Source: Raja brachyura | Taxonomy: Eukaryota | Assembly (NCBI GenBank): GCA_963514005.1 | Contig: OY740812.1 | Location: 9,858,001 to 9,922,000 of the forward strand | Reading direction: 5' to 3' | Length of the DNA: 64,000 nt | Shown: positions 52,830 through 64,000 of the stretch, in pieces | Layout of the letters: every line of letters begins with the position of its first letter | Position numbering within the stretch: position 1 is the first letter of the stretch | Notes under the pieces: generated by a model | What the model was told of the DNA's origin: nothing | The model's input: the letters and a program-made list of their open reading frames with translations, nothing else | Databases searched by the model: none | Position numbers and translations under genes: made by a program

Positions 52830-53740
52830 TCCACGAGTCTTTCTCAGGGTCAGTGTACTTGGCAGCGTAACCAGGTCTTGAAATGTATAGCTGCTGCAAT
52901 TGAGAGGAGAAGAGCACAAGTGAATTCAGTGGGAATCAGGACAGAGATTGTAGCTATTCATTTCCTTTGTGAGGGAAAGGTAGAGGAGGAAAGTTTCCAG
53001 ACAGGTATAAGTTAGGCCAGTTTAGTGGAGCCAATGTCTGGGAGATGCAGTTTGGTTTGGGAGGAAAGCTTGTTGTTCCGCAAGAAATAATTAGTACTAG
53101 TTTGTGGTACGGTCAGTTAGTCAGCAGGAACTGACGGTGCCTTGGGAGAACTTAGTGGATGAGGCTTATGAAAGGAAAAAGCTTAGATATGTAGAGTTGG
53201 CAGCAGAAGTTGAGCAGCGAGGATTGAGAGCAAGAGTACGTCCGGTAGAAGTGGATTGTAGACGTTTCATAGCATGATCGATCACGTCGCTATTTGGAGA
53301 GCTAGGAATATGTGGTCAGAGCTTGCGTCAGGCCTTAAAGTAGATGTCAGAGGCCGCAAAGCAAGGAAGTAGGTGGATTTGGTGGAAAAGAAAAAGCGTC
53401 AGATGGGAGCCGAAAGGAAATATGTAACATGCGATATGTGTATTTCTTTGTAAGTGTGTTCTGTGTAAGTGTCTCCTGGTGTTATGCAAGGTTGATATTT
53501 GTGGCCTTACGAGTTTAATGATGGGTTAGGATAAGTGAAAAACAGGATGCGAGTGTTTAGCATTTGTATGAGTGAATTAATTGTCTGGAGTTTCCTTTAT
53601 TTAGTAGATAGTAGGTAGCATAGATGGTGAGAGCAGGAACTGATGGGGGTTATTCTGTCGAGCCTTCACGAGGTGTCGTGGGCCTAACTCAATGAAATGC
53701 CAGTGAAGGGAGGTGCCCACTTGAAAACCCAATTATATAC
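52830..53740 (+). mobile_element. Hero-like (R2 group, restriction-like endonuclease) non-LTR retrotransposon 3' fragment
   Basis: SLSQGQCTWQRNQVLKCIAAAIE (degenerate RHN motif), LGGKLVVPQEI, ELTVPWENLVDEAYERKKLRY...PVEVDCRRF; contains stops and deletions. Confidence 0.8.
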
Positions 53741-53991
53741 CTGCATCTACACGAAGAGTTTTTATAATGTAATTGTTAACATGTAGGTAGCTAATTATTG
53801 CATATTGAGTTAGTTATTGTCATTAGCATAAGTTTGCATAATCAGTTTAGATAGTACTTTGGCTTTATGCTTGGTTTTCTTGGTTGAGCGCTTATCTTGA
53901 TGTTACAGCACAAGTACTTTGTGTTTAATTGTAATTTTTTAGAACTGGGATAGAAAAAATGTTACTTTTCAGTAGCAGAAAAGGTTAGTAA

Positions 53992-54625
53992 AGGGCCTGT
54001 CCCACTGCGGGGAGCTAATTTGTGAATTTAGAAGAGTTTGCGCTCGACTCAAACTTGCAGCATGGCCGACACGTCGTCCTAGGAGGTCTATGTAACTCTC
54101 CTTCGTGCTCGAGAGAAGTTCCCGCATACTCGAGGCCTCAGTTTGGTCGAGGAGTATTTTTTAGCATGTTGAAAATTGTCCGCAAGTAAAAATTGGTCAG
54201 CATGGGAAAAATCGATATTTTTTTTACTCGTAGGTTTAGTCGAAGTAGGACGTAGTAGCTCGGCATGCTATTCGTAGGTAATCGAGGGTAGTCGAAGGTA
54301 ATCAAAGGTAGTCGAAGGTAGTCGTAGATAGTGTTAGTATAGTCAAAGGTGGTCGTCTTCACTCTCCACTATTCAGTGTCCAATTTTCTCGAAGCTAGTT
54401 GAAGCTAGTATTCAACATAGTCGAAGGATGTCGAAGGAGATCATAGGAGGTCTTCAACATAGTCGAAGGAGGTCTTCTACATATTCGTAGGAGGTTCTCG
54501 ACATAGTCGAAGGCGGTCGTAGGAGGTGTTCTACTTCGGCGATACAACAAGACCATGACACTTTTTTAAACTCTCCTAAACTCTTCTAAACTCGCAAATT
54601 AGGTTCCCGCAGTGGGACAGGTCCT
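53992..54625. mobile_element. PIF/Harbinger-like MITE (634 bp)
   Basis: ~48-bp imperfect TIRs (AGGGCCTGTCCCACTGCGGG...AGAAGAGTTT); flanks TAA and CAA (degenerate TAA TSD); internal AGTCGAAGG repeats. Confidence 0.8.
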
Positions 54626-54699
54626 CAAGGGATGCATAGAAGAAAGTGAATGTGCCTTGAGGAGATGAGAAAATTGTACATTGTGACAGTTGTAATCAT

Positions 54700-54970
54700 A
54701 TATTGAGGACTGAGATGAGGTAAAACTTTTTCACCCAGAGAGTTGTGAATCTGTGGAATTCCCGGCCATAGAAGGCAGTGGTGGCCAATTCACTGGATGC
54801 TTTCAAGAGAGTTCAATTTAGTTCTTAGGGCTAAGGGAATCAAGGGATATGGAAAAATGCCAGAACGGGGTACAGAATTTGGATAATCAGCCATGATAAT
54901 ATTGAATAGTGATGCTGGCTCGAAGGGCCAAATGGCCTACTCCTGCACCTATTTTCTATGTTTCTATTGC
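54700..54970 (+). mobile_element. CR1 3' end
   Basis: Similar to 6130-6400. Further short CR1 3' ends at ~2100-2350, 37860-37990, 40470-40640, 41070-41260, 46125-46275 (-), 56550-56850 and 62860-63090 (-). Confidence 0.8.
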
Positions 54971-57774
54971 TTCTATATCCGTGTTATGTGTTACAAACAG
55001 CATGACAGTGGAACATGCCTTGCATGTCAGTCTATACTAATATTAAGAAAAGAATTGAGCCAAAAATCATTTAGATGACAGAAATGGCCAGTTCTGACAC
55101 AGACAGAATAAATGAGAAAAAGTTGGAAAGTTCGGTATTAAATTTCTCTCTGTCCCAGTTTTGATGGAGGGTTTTCACCTGAAACATTAACTCTGCTCTT
55201 TCCTCAGAAACGTTCAGCTTTTTCTGTATTTATTTAAAATTCTCTACATTCAAGAGCTGTGGAAACTCAGCCATTATGTTCATTCAACCTAGAAAGCAAT
55301 AGATTTCAGGAAATTTACAGATAGTGCTGAGAATAGTGCTTAGGTGAAAGATCAGCTAATACAGCTGCTGCAAATCGGCAATCTAGTGTTGATCTTAATC
55401 AGTGCTGCCCATTTGGAGTTTGCACAACATCTACTGTGGCCTTGTAGGTAGCCTCTTTTGTACTAACATCATCTAAGTTGGTAGGTAAACTGTACAAAGT
55501 GTGGATTGCATAATTTACATCTTATTGTACCACAAACATGGGCAAGAGGGAAAAGATTAGCATTCAATGAAAATCTTAGTTAGACCATGCTTGAAGAAAC
55601 ACATTTTTAAAATTTTTATATTGGTAACTCAGGATGAATCAATCCATCTGAATATAAAATTGAAAGCTAGCTTTGGTTTTGACACAGAGTAACAGTATTA
55701 GTCACCAAATAAAACAAGATGGACACAAAAAGCTGGAGTAAGTCAGCGGGACAGGCAGCATTCCTGGAGGGAAGAACACCAATTGAATGCAAAAATTTAA
55801 ATCCTACTTAAAAACAGCATCTCAAATCCAATTTGGTTAAATTCCACAATTAATTAATAAAAAAAGTTCTTTAGAATCACAATAAGTAAATTCTGTGAAC
55901 AAAATCTCCTGAGCAGGAGAAATGTAGAAATGGTTAATGGAAGTGGGTGTTGATCCTTTAGATGGCTAAATTGGTATTACCATGTTTGACAACAGGTCAC
56001 CTCGTTGCTAGGCACTTAAGTTCTGTGAGTCATCAGCAAACTATATTTGGGACAGTACTTTGGATATGGATGGTTGCACTATTAAACACTGCAGGTTAAA
56101 TTTCTTCCTCCCACATTCAGGGTCATGGCTTCTGACAGCTGTTATAGTCACCACCTTCTTTTAAAAGAGCAGTTGTGTTTGTGCAGCAAACACTAACACT
56201 AATATAGTGCACAATATGCAAAATAATATTTAGAATAACTCAGAACTTAGAAAAGGTTAGATAAGGAGGAGTCAATGAATTTGAAAGCTCAGCAGGAAGG
56301 AGGAATGATAATTTAAAGGAAAATACTTTTACATGGCATGTGAAGACCTTTACAAATATCACTGCTAATCAGCGTCCAAAACTGCATTAACAAGCTGAAC
56401 TTCCGAGTTCCCTTTGCACAAAGCAACCCAACCTGATGAAATTCATATATTTATTTATATTTCCTTATGATATTCATAAAAAGCCATTTAGCCCATCAAG
56501 TCTATCCTAGCTCTCAAGAGTGATTACCTAATAGGGTCGTTGGTAGGCACACAATCTTTCCCCCAGGATTGGGAAATCAAGATATCGATTACATAAGTTT
56601 AAGATGAGAGTGGGAAGATTTAATATCAGCCTGTGGGAAACTTTATAACCCAAAGAGTGGTATGTAAATAGAACAAACTCTGAGAGGAAGTGTTTGAGGC
56701 AGATGCAATAACAACATTTAAAGGCATTTGGACAGGTGTGTGGATGGGACAGGTGGAGAGGGATATGGCAAATACAGGCAAATGGGTATCAAGGCCATTT
56801 TGCTTGGCATGGATGAGTTGGGCCAAAGGGCCTGTTTCTGTGCTCTGACATTTTTAGTTTCCTCACAGTTACCAAATCCATGCTGGCCGGTAGTTTAATT
56901 GTAAATACATTGGACAATTAAACTACCGACCAGCATGGATGTGTAACTGTGAGGAAACTGTAGTACCCAGAGCAAATCCAGTTGTTCACAGGAAGTACAT
57001 ACTAATTCCACACAGAAAGCTCTGGAGGGATCGCAAAGACTGTGTGGTAGCAACACTGTCTGCTGAACCACCGTGCTGTCCCGAATTAAGTACCAACCAT
57101 TAATCCAAAGTTTCCAGAATCCAATTCAGAGCACTGGCTTTTCAAATTTAGTTATGCCTGAATTTGAGATTAGTGTTTTATTAAAAAAATTATTGACAAG
57201 TAACATTCGGGGAATATCAAGATGATCATAACTATGGCTTTTTTACACGCCAGTTCTTTCCAAAGCTGTGCTGAAGGTGTTATCAACATTCTAACATCTG
57301 CTGTTCCCCACTGCTTAAGGGAGGTTATTTAAATAAGAAATAATTTAATTTAATTACTTTTTGCCACAGAGAAGAAGGCAGAACAAGCACAAAAATCAGT
57401 GTTTACAGGGTGCAATTGACTGCATCAACATTACTCACATTCAGTCAACACTGACTGAACAGATTCCACTCTCTCAACTTCTGGCTGGTGTGTGACCATT
57501 TAAGGTGTACAGCAGTTATGATGCCTTGATTCTTTGATAGTATACACTGCCAACAGTATATTGGACACCAAAATAAAACAAATCCTGGCTGCTAGAAGAC
57601 AAGAATAACCCAATGATAATATGCAGCACAGGAGAGGTATCCAACAACAGATACTTGCCAAACAAAAACTATACTTCTGCTGCCTGGTCCAACAATAATT
57701 CATCAAGCTTAATATATAATCTGTGGTGTCATACTGCCTGACATTGCCACCATGACAGAACAGCCTTTGGCATC

Positions 57775-58115
57775 ACTTACCAAACGCAAGCTGGGGGCGC
57801 TAGGCGGAAGAGGGCTCTGCCCGAGCCAGCCCATTTTCCAGGCTTATGGCCGTGCCCAGGTGGTACTTGAGAGGGGCTATGCACTGTCCACGGGCACCCT
57901 GGAGGATTTCCGGGACTGTTGGGCTCCGTGTGGGGTGGAAGTCATCCTCAATAAGGATTGTAATATAGTTGTACAATAGTTAATTTAGTACATTTGTTTG
58001 TCTTGTATTATGGTGGTTGGTTTTGTTTTGTACTGCAAATATTATTGTAAATAATTGATCAAATGATTTTTGGTAAGATAAGTAAATAAATAAATAAATA
58101 AATATTTGGAAAATG
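57775..58115 (+). mobile_element. Tx1-like LINE extreme 3' end
   Basis: RAQVVLERGYALSTGTLEDFRDCWAP resembles the Tx1 ORF2 C-terminus; T-rich UTR and (TAAA)n tail. Confidence 0.6.
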
Positions 58116-58354
58116 AAAGCTGAGGTGAGGTAGCTTGAAGAAGAACAGAACGGCTCGGGACAGCTAGGAGGCTGCAATGTACAATTCCTTTTCTGAAAGT
58201 AGACCAAAAAAGCTGGAGTAACTCAGCGGGACAGGCAGCATCTCTGGGGAGGAGGAATAGGTGATGTTTCGGGTCGAGACCCTTCTACAGAAAAGATTCC
58301 TTTTCTGTTTGTATTCAACACAAAGAAATAAATCAAGTTTAGAATCAGTAAATA

Positions 58355-59100
58355 TCAGCCCCGCCAACAGTTTGTCTGTTTTATCGTCTTTTTCTGTTAT
58401 TTTTAGTGCATTTAAACATTTTGTGTAAATGTTCTCTGGTTTGTTTTATGTGGGGGGAAGGGGTCGGGGGAAACTTTTTTTTCAATCTCTTTCCTTGCCG
58501 GAGATCCGATTGTTTTCCGGATCGTATCTCCGGTCTCTCTGCGGCCTTACATCCTGGAGCTGGAGGTCTGCTTGGACTGACTTTGAGCCCCACTGCGGGG
58601 AGTGGACTTAACATCGGAGCCAATCCCTTGCCTGGGATTGCTCCAACCGTGGCCTGCGGATTTTCCAATCAAGTGCTCGCAGTCTCGGGAGAGGCCGTAG
58701 ATGTCGGCAGCTTCAAAGAAGCAGAAGGTTTGACCACCCCAACCCGGGGTCCGATCACATCGGAGCTGACATCCCCCCGATGCGCAGAGGGCCCAAACAC
58801 CGTCACTCTGTGTCACTCTGACGCAGAGGGCCCAAACACCGCTGGCTACGGGAGTCCCGTCAACGGAAGGCTTGAGGCCCCTGACCGCGGGAGAACAAAG
58901 AAGGGAAGAGATTTAACTTTTATTTCGCCTTCCATCACACTGAGGTATGTGGAGGAGTCACTGTGGTATATGTTTATGTTCAAATGTATTTGTGTGTTCT
59001 GTTGGTTTTTATTTGTATGACGGACGTGGCAAATGAAATTCCTCGTATGTTGCAAAACATACTTGGCTAATAAAGTATTATTGTATTGTATTGTATTGTA
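58355..59100 (+). mobile_element. Second copy of the GC-rich non-autonomous retroelement, with (ATTGT)n tail
   Basis: Same head and tail as 20900-21500; internal duplication of CGCAGAGGGCCCAAACACCG. Confidence 0.8.
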
Positions 59101-60044
59101 TTTCCCTCCATTGATGCTTCTTGACCCATTTAATTCCTTAGGCAGTCGTGCTTTTTTGCTTCATATTATCAGTAATCTCAGCTCAAATACCTGTTACCAA
59201 TATCCTACATCTCTAATCATAGTCCATCGATGATAAACACATTATTTCATTTGACACACTGCAAAAGCCAACATAAAATAAACACTGCAAATCAAATGAA
59301 TGAATTACATTTTATCCTACAGCATAAAATGTATAAGTATTATGAATCTCCTTAGTGCTTGGTCTTCCAAGTGCCCTTGACTGACCGATACATCCTGCGA
59401 GGTGTTTCCTTGTTACTGCAACATGCTCAACACTGACTTTCAATGGAAAAGACTCTGGAAAGTCTGACTATGGACCCCACCTACCATATTGTACTTCCCA
59501 TATTTTTGTGCTTTTTTTTAATGTGTTGGTACATATTAACTGTAATGTAATAATGTATGCATGTTGGTAGGTACAATCAAAACAAAGATCTTTTTATCAT
59601 TGTTGTGTTATTAATACCACATAAAATATTATGTACTATCAAGATCACATTTAATAGAATAATATTGCTTAAATATATAGTTATTGAACTTTGCATTTTG
59701 GAAAAGCCGCAGCTGAGAAGAAGACAGCAAAATACTGAAAATATTGGGGGTGAAAATGACTTCAGGACAGTTTGTTACAAAAATGGAAGAAATGGTATCA
59801 GAATACATGTACAGCTGAGTAAGTATGATTTTATGGATGGGAATTGTGTTCAACCAACTGAAGACTTCTTTGACAAAGTAACTAGCATGTTAGATAACAA
59901 GGAAGCCAATGAATGTAGCAAATTTTGTTCTCCATAATGTGGGATGCGAAGTGCCCCATAAAAGGTTACTGCATTAGAGGAGCACCTGTGGACTTGAACG
60001 TAATAGGTTAAGTCCAGGGGGTCCTATGGGGCTTTATGTGTGGG

Positions 60045-60330
60045 CCAGATATATTGTCAATGCAAAGAGGCTTTGGAGCAAGGCCAAGTGTCCATCCAGA
60101 GTCAAGGTCTGGAATAGTACTAGATGTGCAGTCAATGCTGGGACGAGGGGTGTGTTCAGCACTGGGAACCTAAGCAGGTAAGCAGCTATGATCAGGGTAG
60201 AATAGGGAGCCAGGTGTAAGGCTGGACTCAGGGTCAGGAATGAGTGAAGGTATGCAACTGGAGTCAGGGCCAGGAGTAGCACCAGGTGTGCAGTGAGACC
60301 CAGCTTGGTCAACATGGGCCAAGTGCTTGA
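60045..60330. repeat. Degenerate ~36-bp minisatellite
   Basis: CCAGGTGTGCAG-like motif recurs near 60083, 60120, 60175, 60210, 60246, 60281 and 60319. Confidence 0.6.
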
Positions 60331-61327
60331 TTATAATCTGATTTCCATACATGAATACACTAAATTATTCATGTGCTGCACCTGTTGATCAGAGCCTGGG
60401 CTCTACTGTGGAATGTAATTAGGAATGTAATTTTAACCCTATTCATAGCTAATCCAATTTAAAGCATATATATTGCATTCAAGTGTAAGTTAAAAGACTC
60501 ACTACTGTATGCACCATATTGCACAATTTCATGCTGAAAAATGCAAAAGTTCGATACTAATGGGATGGGGACCCCCTCCTCTCCCCCCCCCCCCTCCCCT
60601 ACCCCCCCACCCCCTGGTTGCTACGCTCCCTAGGGCTTGGTCTCTCGCAATTTCTCACTCCCAACTTTCATCCAATGTTGGTAGCCCTGTTCTTACATAG
60701 GTCCCACCTGTCCTAAAAGAGAGCCCTATGATACAGGCATCTGCTCTCTTTCCTATACTAGCTTGTTAGCCACATTCAACTGAACAGTACTGTTCCCCAA
60801 TGTCTTGCGTTGGTAGCGCATGCCACAGGGAATAATCTAGACATTACAACTCTCAAGGTCCTGCTTTGAAACATTCTACCTAACTCCCTAAATTCCTTTT
60901 AAATGACCTCATACGTCCACCTACCTAGATTGTTATTACCAATACAGACCATGACCTCTGGCTTCTTACTATATCTGTATAGAATGTTCTATGCCTGATC
61001 AGAGATATACTTGAACCTGAAAACAAAGTTTAACCAGGAGTGAGCTAACACTGGGTATGTGGAAGAGATTGCAAATTAGGACAAAGCAGCAGAATTTTGG
61101 CAGATCTCAAGTTTTTGAAATGTTGAGCACAAGAGGTTTGTTTGAACATTTTTGAGACATACTGTAGGTCTTGAAATCATGAAGTTTAGATTAAACCATT
61201 AAAAAACAGATGAGCTGAGGAAGCTGTTAAATTTGGTCACATTATAAAGTTAGATAAATATATTATTCTTGAGAGCCAAATTTGATAGCAAGTTTGCAAG
61301 CAATCTAGTTCAGTCTGGCATGATAAT

Positions 61328-61655
61328 AGACAATAGACAATAGGTGCAGGAGTAGGCCATTCGGCCCTTCGAGCCAGCACTGCCATTCAATGTGATCATG
61401 GCTGATCATCCCCTATCAGTACCCCATTCCTGCCTTTTCCCCATATCCCCTGACTCTGCTATCTTTAAGAGCCCTATCCAGCTCTCTCTTGAAAACATCC
61501 CGAGAACCTGCCTCCACCGCCCTCTGAGGCAGAGAATTCCACACACTCGCAACTCTCAGTGAGAAAAAGTGTTTCCTTGTCTCTGTTCTAAATGGCTCAC
61601 CTCTTATTCTTAAACTGTGGCCCCTGGTTCTGGACTCCCCCAACATCGGGAACAT
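61328..61655 (-). mobile_element. Young CR1 3' end
   Basis: Near-identical reverse complement of 6070-6400 (MFPMLGESRTRGHSLRIR...). Confidence 0.9.
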
Positions 61656-63149
61656 TGGGGGAGTCCAGATTGCCAAGGAAAGTTCAGAATCATAATAAAC
61701 ATTTGGAGGCATTTTTTACTTATTGACTATTTGATGTTGAAGATGCAGTCTGACATTTTAGCGATTTTTTTTAGAGAGGTGTTCATGAATTTGAACCACC
61801 AGCATACATGTGAAAATTAACATTGCATTTTCAGATTATGTTGTTAATCGGCACCATTATAAGTGAAATAGAAGGGGCAAAAGGAAATACATATGGGAAG
61901 ATACCAGAATGGTGCAGAGCTGGGAAGTGGATGACATTGCAGATGATTCTGTGGCTTTTTCTGGATAGAAAATAAACAAAACTAGGTGTTCCAGGCACAA
62001 CTGAAATTGGGTTCATAATCTAAAAATTGTGTCTGTAAATTTGTATGCTTGGTGCCAGGAATGATTAATTCAGGCAGATATTAAGCCTGTCATGAGAAAG
62101 GTTGCAGCTCCACCTTGAGGCTCTACCAGTGTGGCAACTCTAAAGAAACTTTGCCGTGAATCTTTCAGGTTCTGTCAATGCTTCTGGATGAGTGACTTGC
62201 AGTCAGTGTGAGGCATTACAATGTGAGTAAAAATTGCATAAGAAGCATTGCGTGTGGTTTTATGTCATTGCAAAGTACTCCTCTGGCATTTTTCAGATAT
62301 TGCACAACTGACACATGGATAAACACAGAAATAAATCGAGGACTGAGAATTCTCCAATTTTAATTCACTATTTATTTTTATACAAGTTGAATTGCATAGT
62401 ACACAACATTTTGGTGCTGCATAAGATTATTTCTAAGTATATGTGTCCTCAATTTAAATTTTGCTTACATGCTTTAAATATATTGGACTTGGAAAGAAAA
62501 CATGTTTGAAAGGACCTTAGCCTATCTGTAGAGACTTTTTTTTGGATGTATGATTCCTTTGCCATTTCCTGTTTTGCCAAAAAAACATGTGTAATAACAC
62601 TGGACTGTTAAATAAAAAACCCAGACAAATGTTTAGACTAGAATTTCAAATGACACCCTCCTGCCTGCTATGTTGAATGCACACCAGGAGAGGGAGGCAG
62701 CATGCTTATTCAGGCACTAAATAGCTAGTCTTAGAAGAAAGCATTTGCAACTTCACAAAACAAAAGTGAAACAGCAGGGTTAACATTTGTCCACAGACAA
62801 TAATTATTTCATGTAGTGTCCTTCAGGTGTATGGACACCTGAAATTAAAGAGTCATACTCAAGAGGAAACCAGCCCTTCATTCCAATTGGTCCATGTCAC
62901 CCAAGATGTCTCGTATGCCAATGTTTGGCCCACATCCCTCTAAACTTTTCCTACTCATGGACCTGTCCAGATTTCTTTTAAATGTTGTTATAGTACCTGC
63001 CTCCTTTGGCAGCTCATTCCAGAAACCTACCACTCTCAATGTGAAAATGTCGGCCCTCAGGTTCCCATTAAATCCTTCCCCTCTCAACATGAAAGATATC
63101 ATTCTTAGGGCTCAGTCATTTTCATATGTCATAAAGAATTTGTATAAGA

Positions 63150-64000
63150 CTAACACACAAAATGTTGGAGATCTGGAGTGAAAACCATACTGCTGGAGGA
63201 TGGTTCAATGTTTCAGGTCGAGACCTTGCATCAGGACTGAGAATTTGGAGGGAAGAGAGCCAGTATAAATTGGTAAGGGAGATGGTTAAGACAAAGGATG
63301 GGGTGATGAGTGGAATCAGGCAAAGGTGCGGATGATGGACATATGGAGCTATGTGGGGGAAGGGGGGCTGGTGGGTGATAGGTGGAAGCAGATAGCAATG
63401 AAAAAAAAGGTAGGGGATGAATGATAGGCAGGTAGAATGGGGGGGGGGGGTAGAAAGGTAGACACGGAGGCTGTAATGCGATAAGGGAGGGGTGATGAGC
63501 AGATAGAACTAGATGGGGGAAGGAGATAGATAAGGGATTGGGTAGGATATGGATAATGAATCTTCCAATTTCGGCTAATCCACCTTCATATTCCTTTCAC
63601 GTTCCTCATGCTACTCTCTCTCTCTCCCTTTGACCACCTTTTTCATACCCACCCCCTTCCCCATTACCAATATTTGTTCCCTTCTCCCACTGAGTTTCAT
63701 CTGCCCATTACCTCATACCTATCCACCTTAGTTTCAGATTGTTTGATCTACCTTTTTTATTCCCTCCTCATTTGGTTCCATCCATCATAATCCTTCCTTA
63801 ATCTGTTTTTTCCCCTTATTTGTTCCACCTATCACCCACTAGCTTGTCCCACAACTCCTCCCTCCCCCACGTGGCACCATCTTCCCCCACGTGGCATGAT
63901 TCTTCCCCCCCTCACCCAGTTCCACCTATCATCTACCAACCCATTGCACCCTTTTCCTTCACCTCTACAATTTGGCTATCCTCCCTGTGCATTTTCAGTG
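63150..64000. mobile_element. Old Penelope-type terminal repeats in inverted arrangement
   Basis: Minus-strand hammerhead core at ~63207-63234, then a purine-rich tract mirrored by a pyrimidine-rich tract running to the window end. Confidence 0.5.

Noticed and set aside
53676-53722. Twister-ribozyme-like words (GCCTAAC...AGTG.AGGG)
   Set aside because: The P4 stem and the UCCC/GC pseudoknot partners are missing; kept only as a generic pseudoknot candidate.
54235-54540. Short repeats superficially like a CRISPR array
   Set aside because: Degenerate tandem units with no unique spacers, inside a MITE in vertebrate DNA; no cas genes.
58406-59020. 204-aa ORF, the longest in the track
   Set aside because: It lies within a GC-rich repeat whose second copy (20900-21500) does not preserve the frame; no recognisable domain.
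60563-60615. C-run tract (G-quadruplex potential on the minus strand); similar G-run at 7791-7814
   Set aside because: Low-complexity homopolymer runs with no functional context; common in such genomes.
1008-63790. Remaining 60-130 aa ORFs in the six-frame track
   Set aside because: They are antisense or alternate frames of NIK exons, transposon fragments, or chance ORFs without splice or homology support. No second host gene, tRNA or rRNA could be supported.

Overview
Eukaryotic, AT-rich, repeat-dense vertebrate DNA. The repeat content (CR1 LINEs, V-SINE-like SINEs, DeuSINE relics, Penelope fragments) suggests a cartilaginous fish, probably a skate or ray (inference). One protein-coding gene is supported: a complete minus-strand MAP3K14/NIK (NF-kB-inducing kinase) homolog with 15 coding exons between 32567 and 16265. 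All junctions are GT-AG and in phase, giving a 2955-nt CDS (984 aa). It has a ~2.5 kb putative 3' UTR and a tentative non-coding first exon/promoter near 49.6-50.1 kb. The rest is mostly transposon debris: CR1, L1/Tx1, Rex1/Babar, Hero, Penelope, a solo LTR and MITEs. Most notable: (1) a 54-nt minimal HDV-like ribozyme fold forms the 5' end of a ~140-bp TSD-flanked retroposon, sense to the NIK pre-mRNA in intron 13; (2) about ten dispersed hammerhead-ribozyme cores lie in Penelope-derived short elements; (3) the NIK is divergent, with altered regulatory residues; (4) a perfect kB palindrome sits in an ancient SINE beside the candidate promoter. Family and residue comparisons come from recalled sequences, not database searches.
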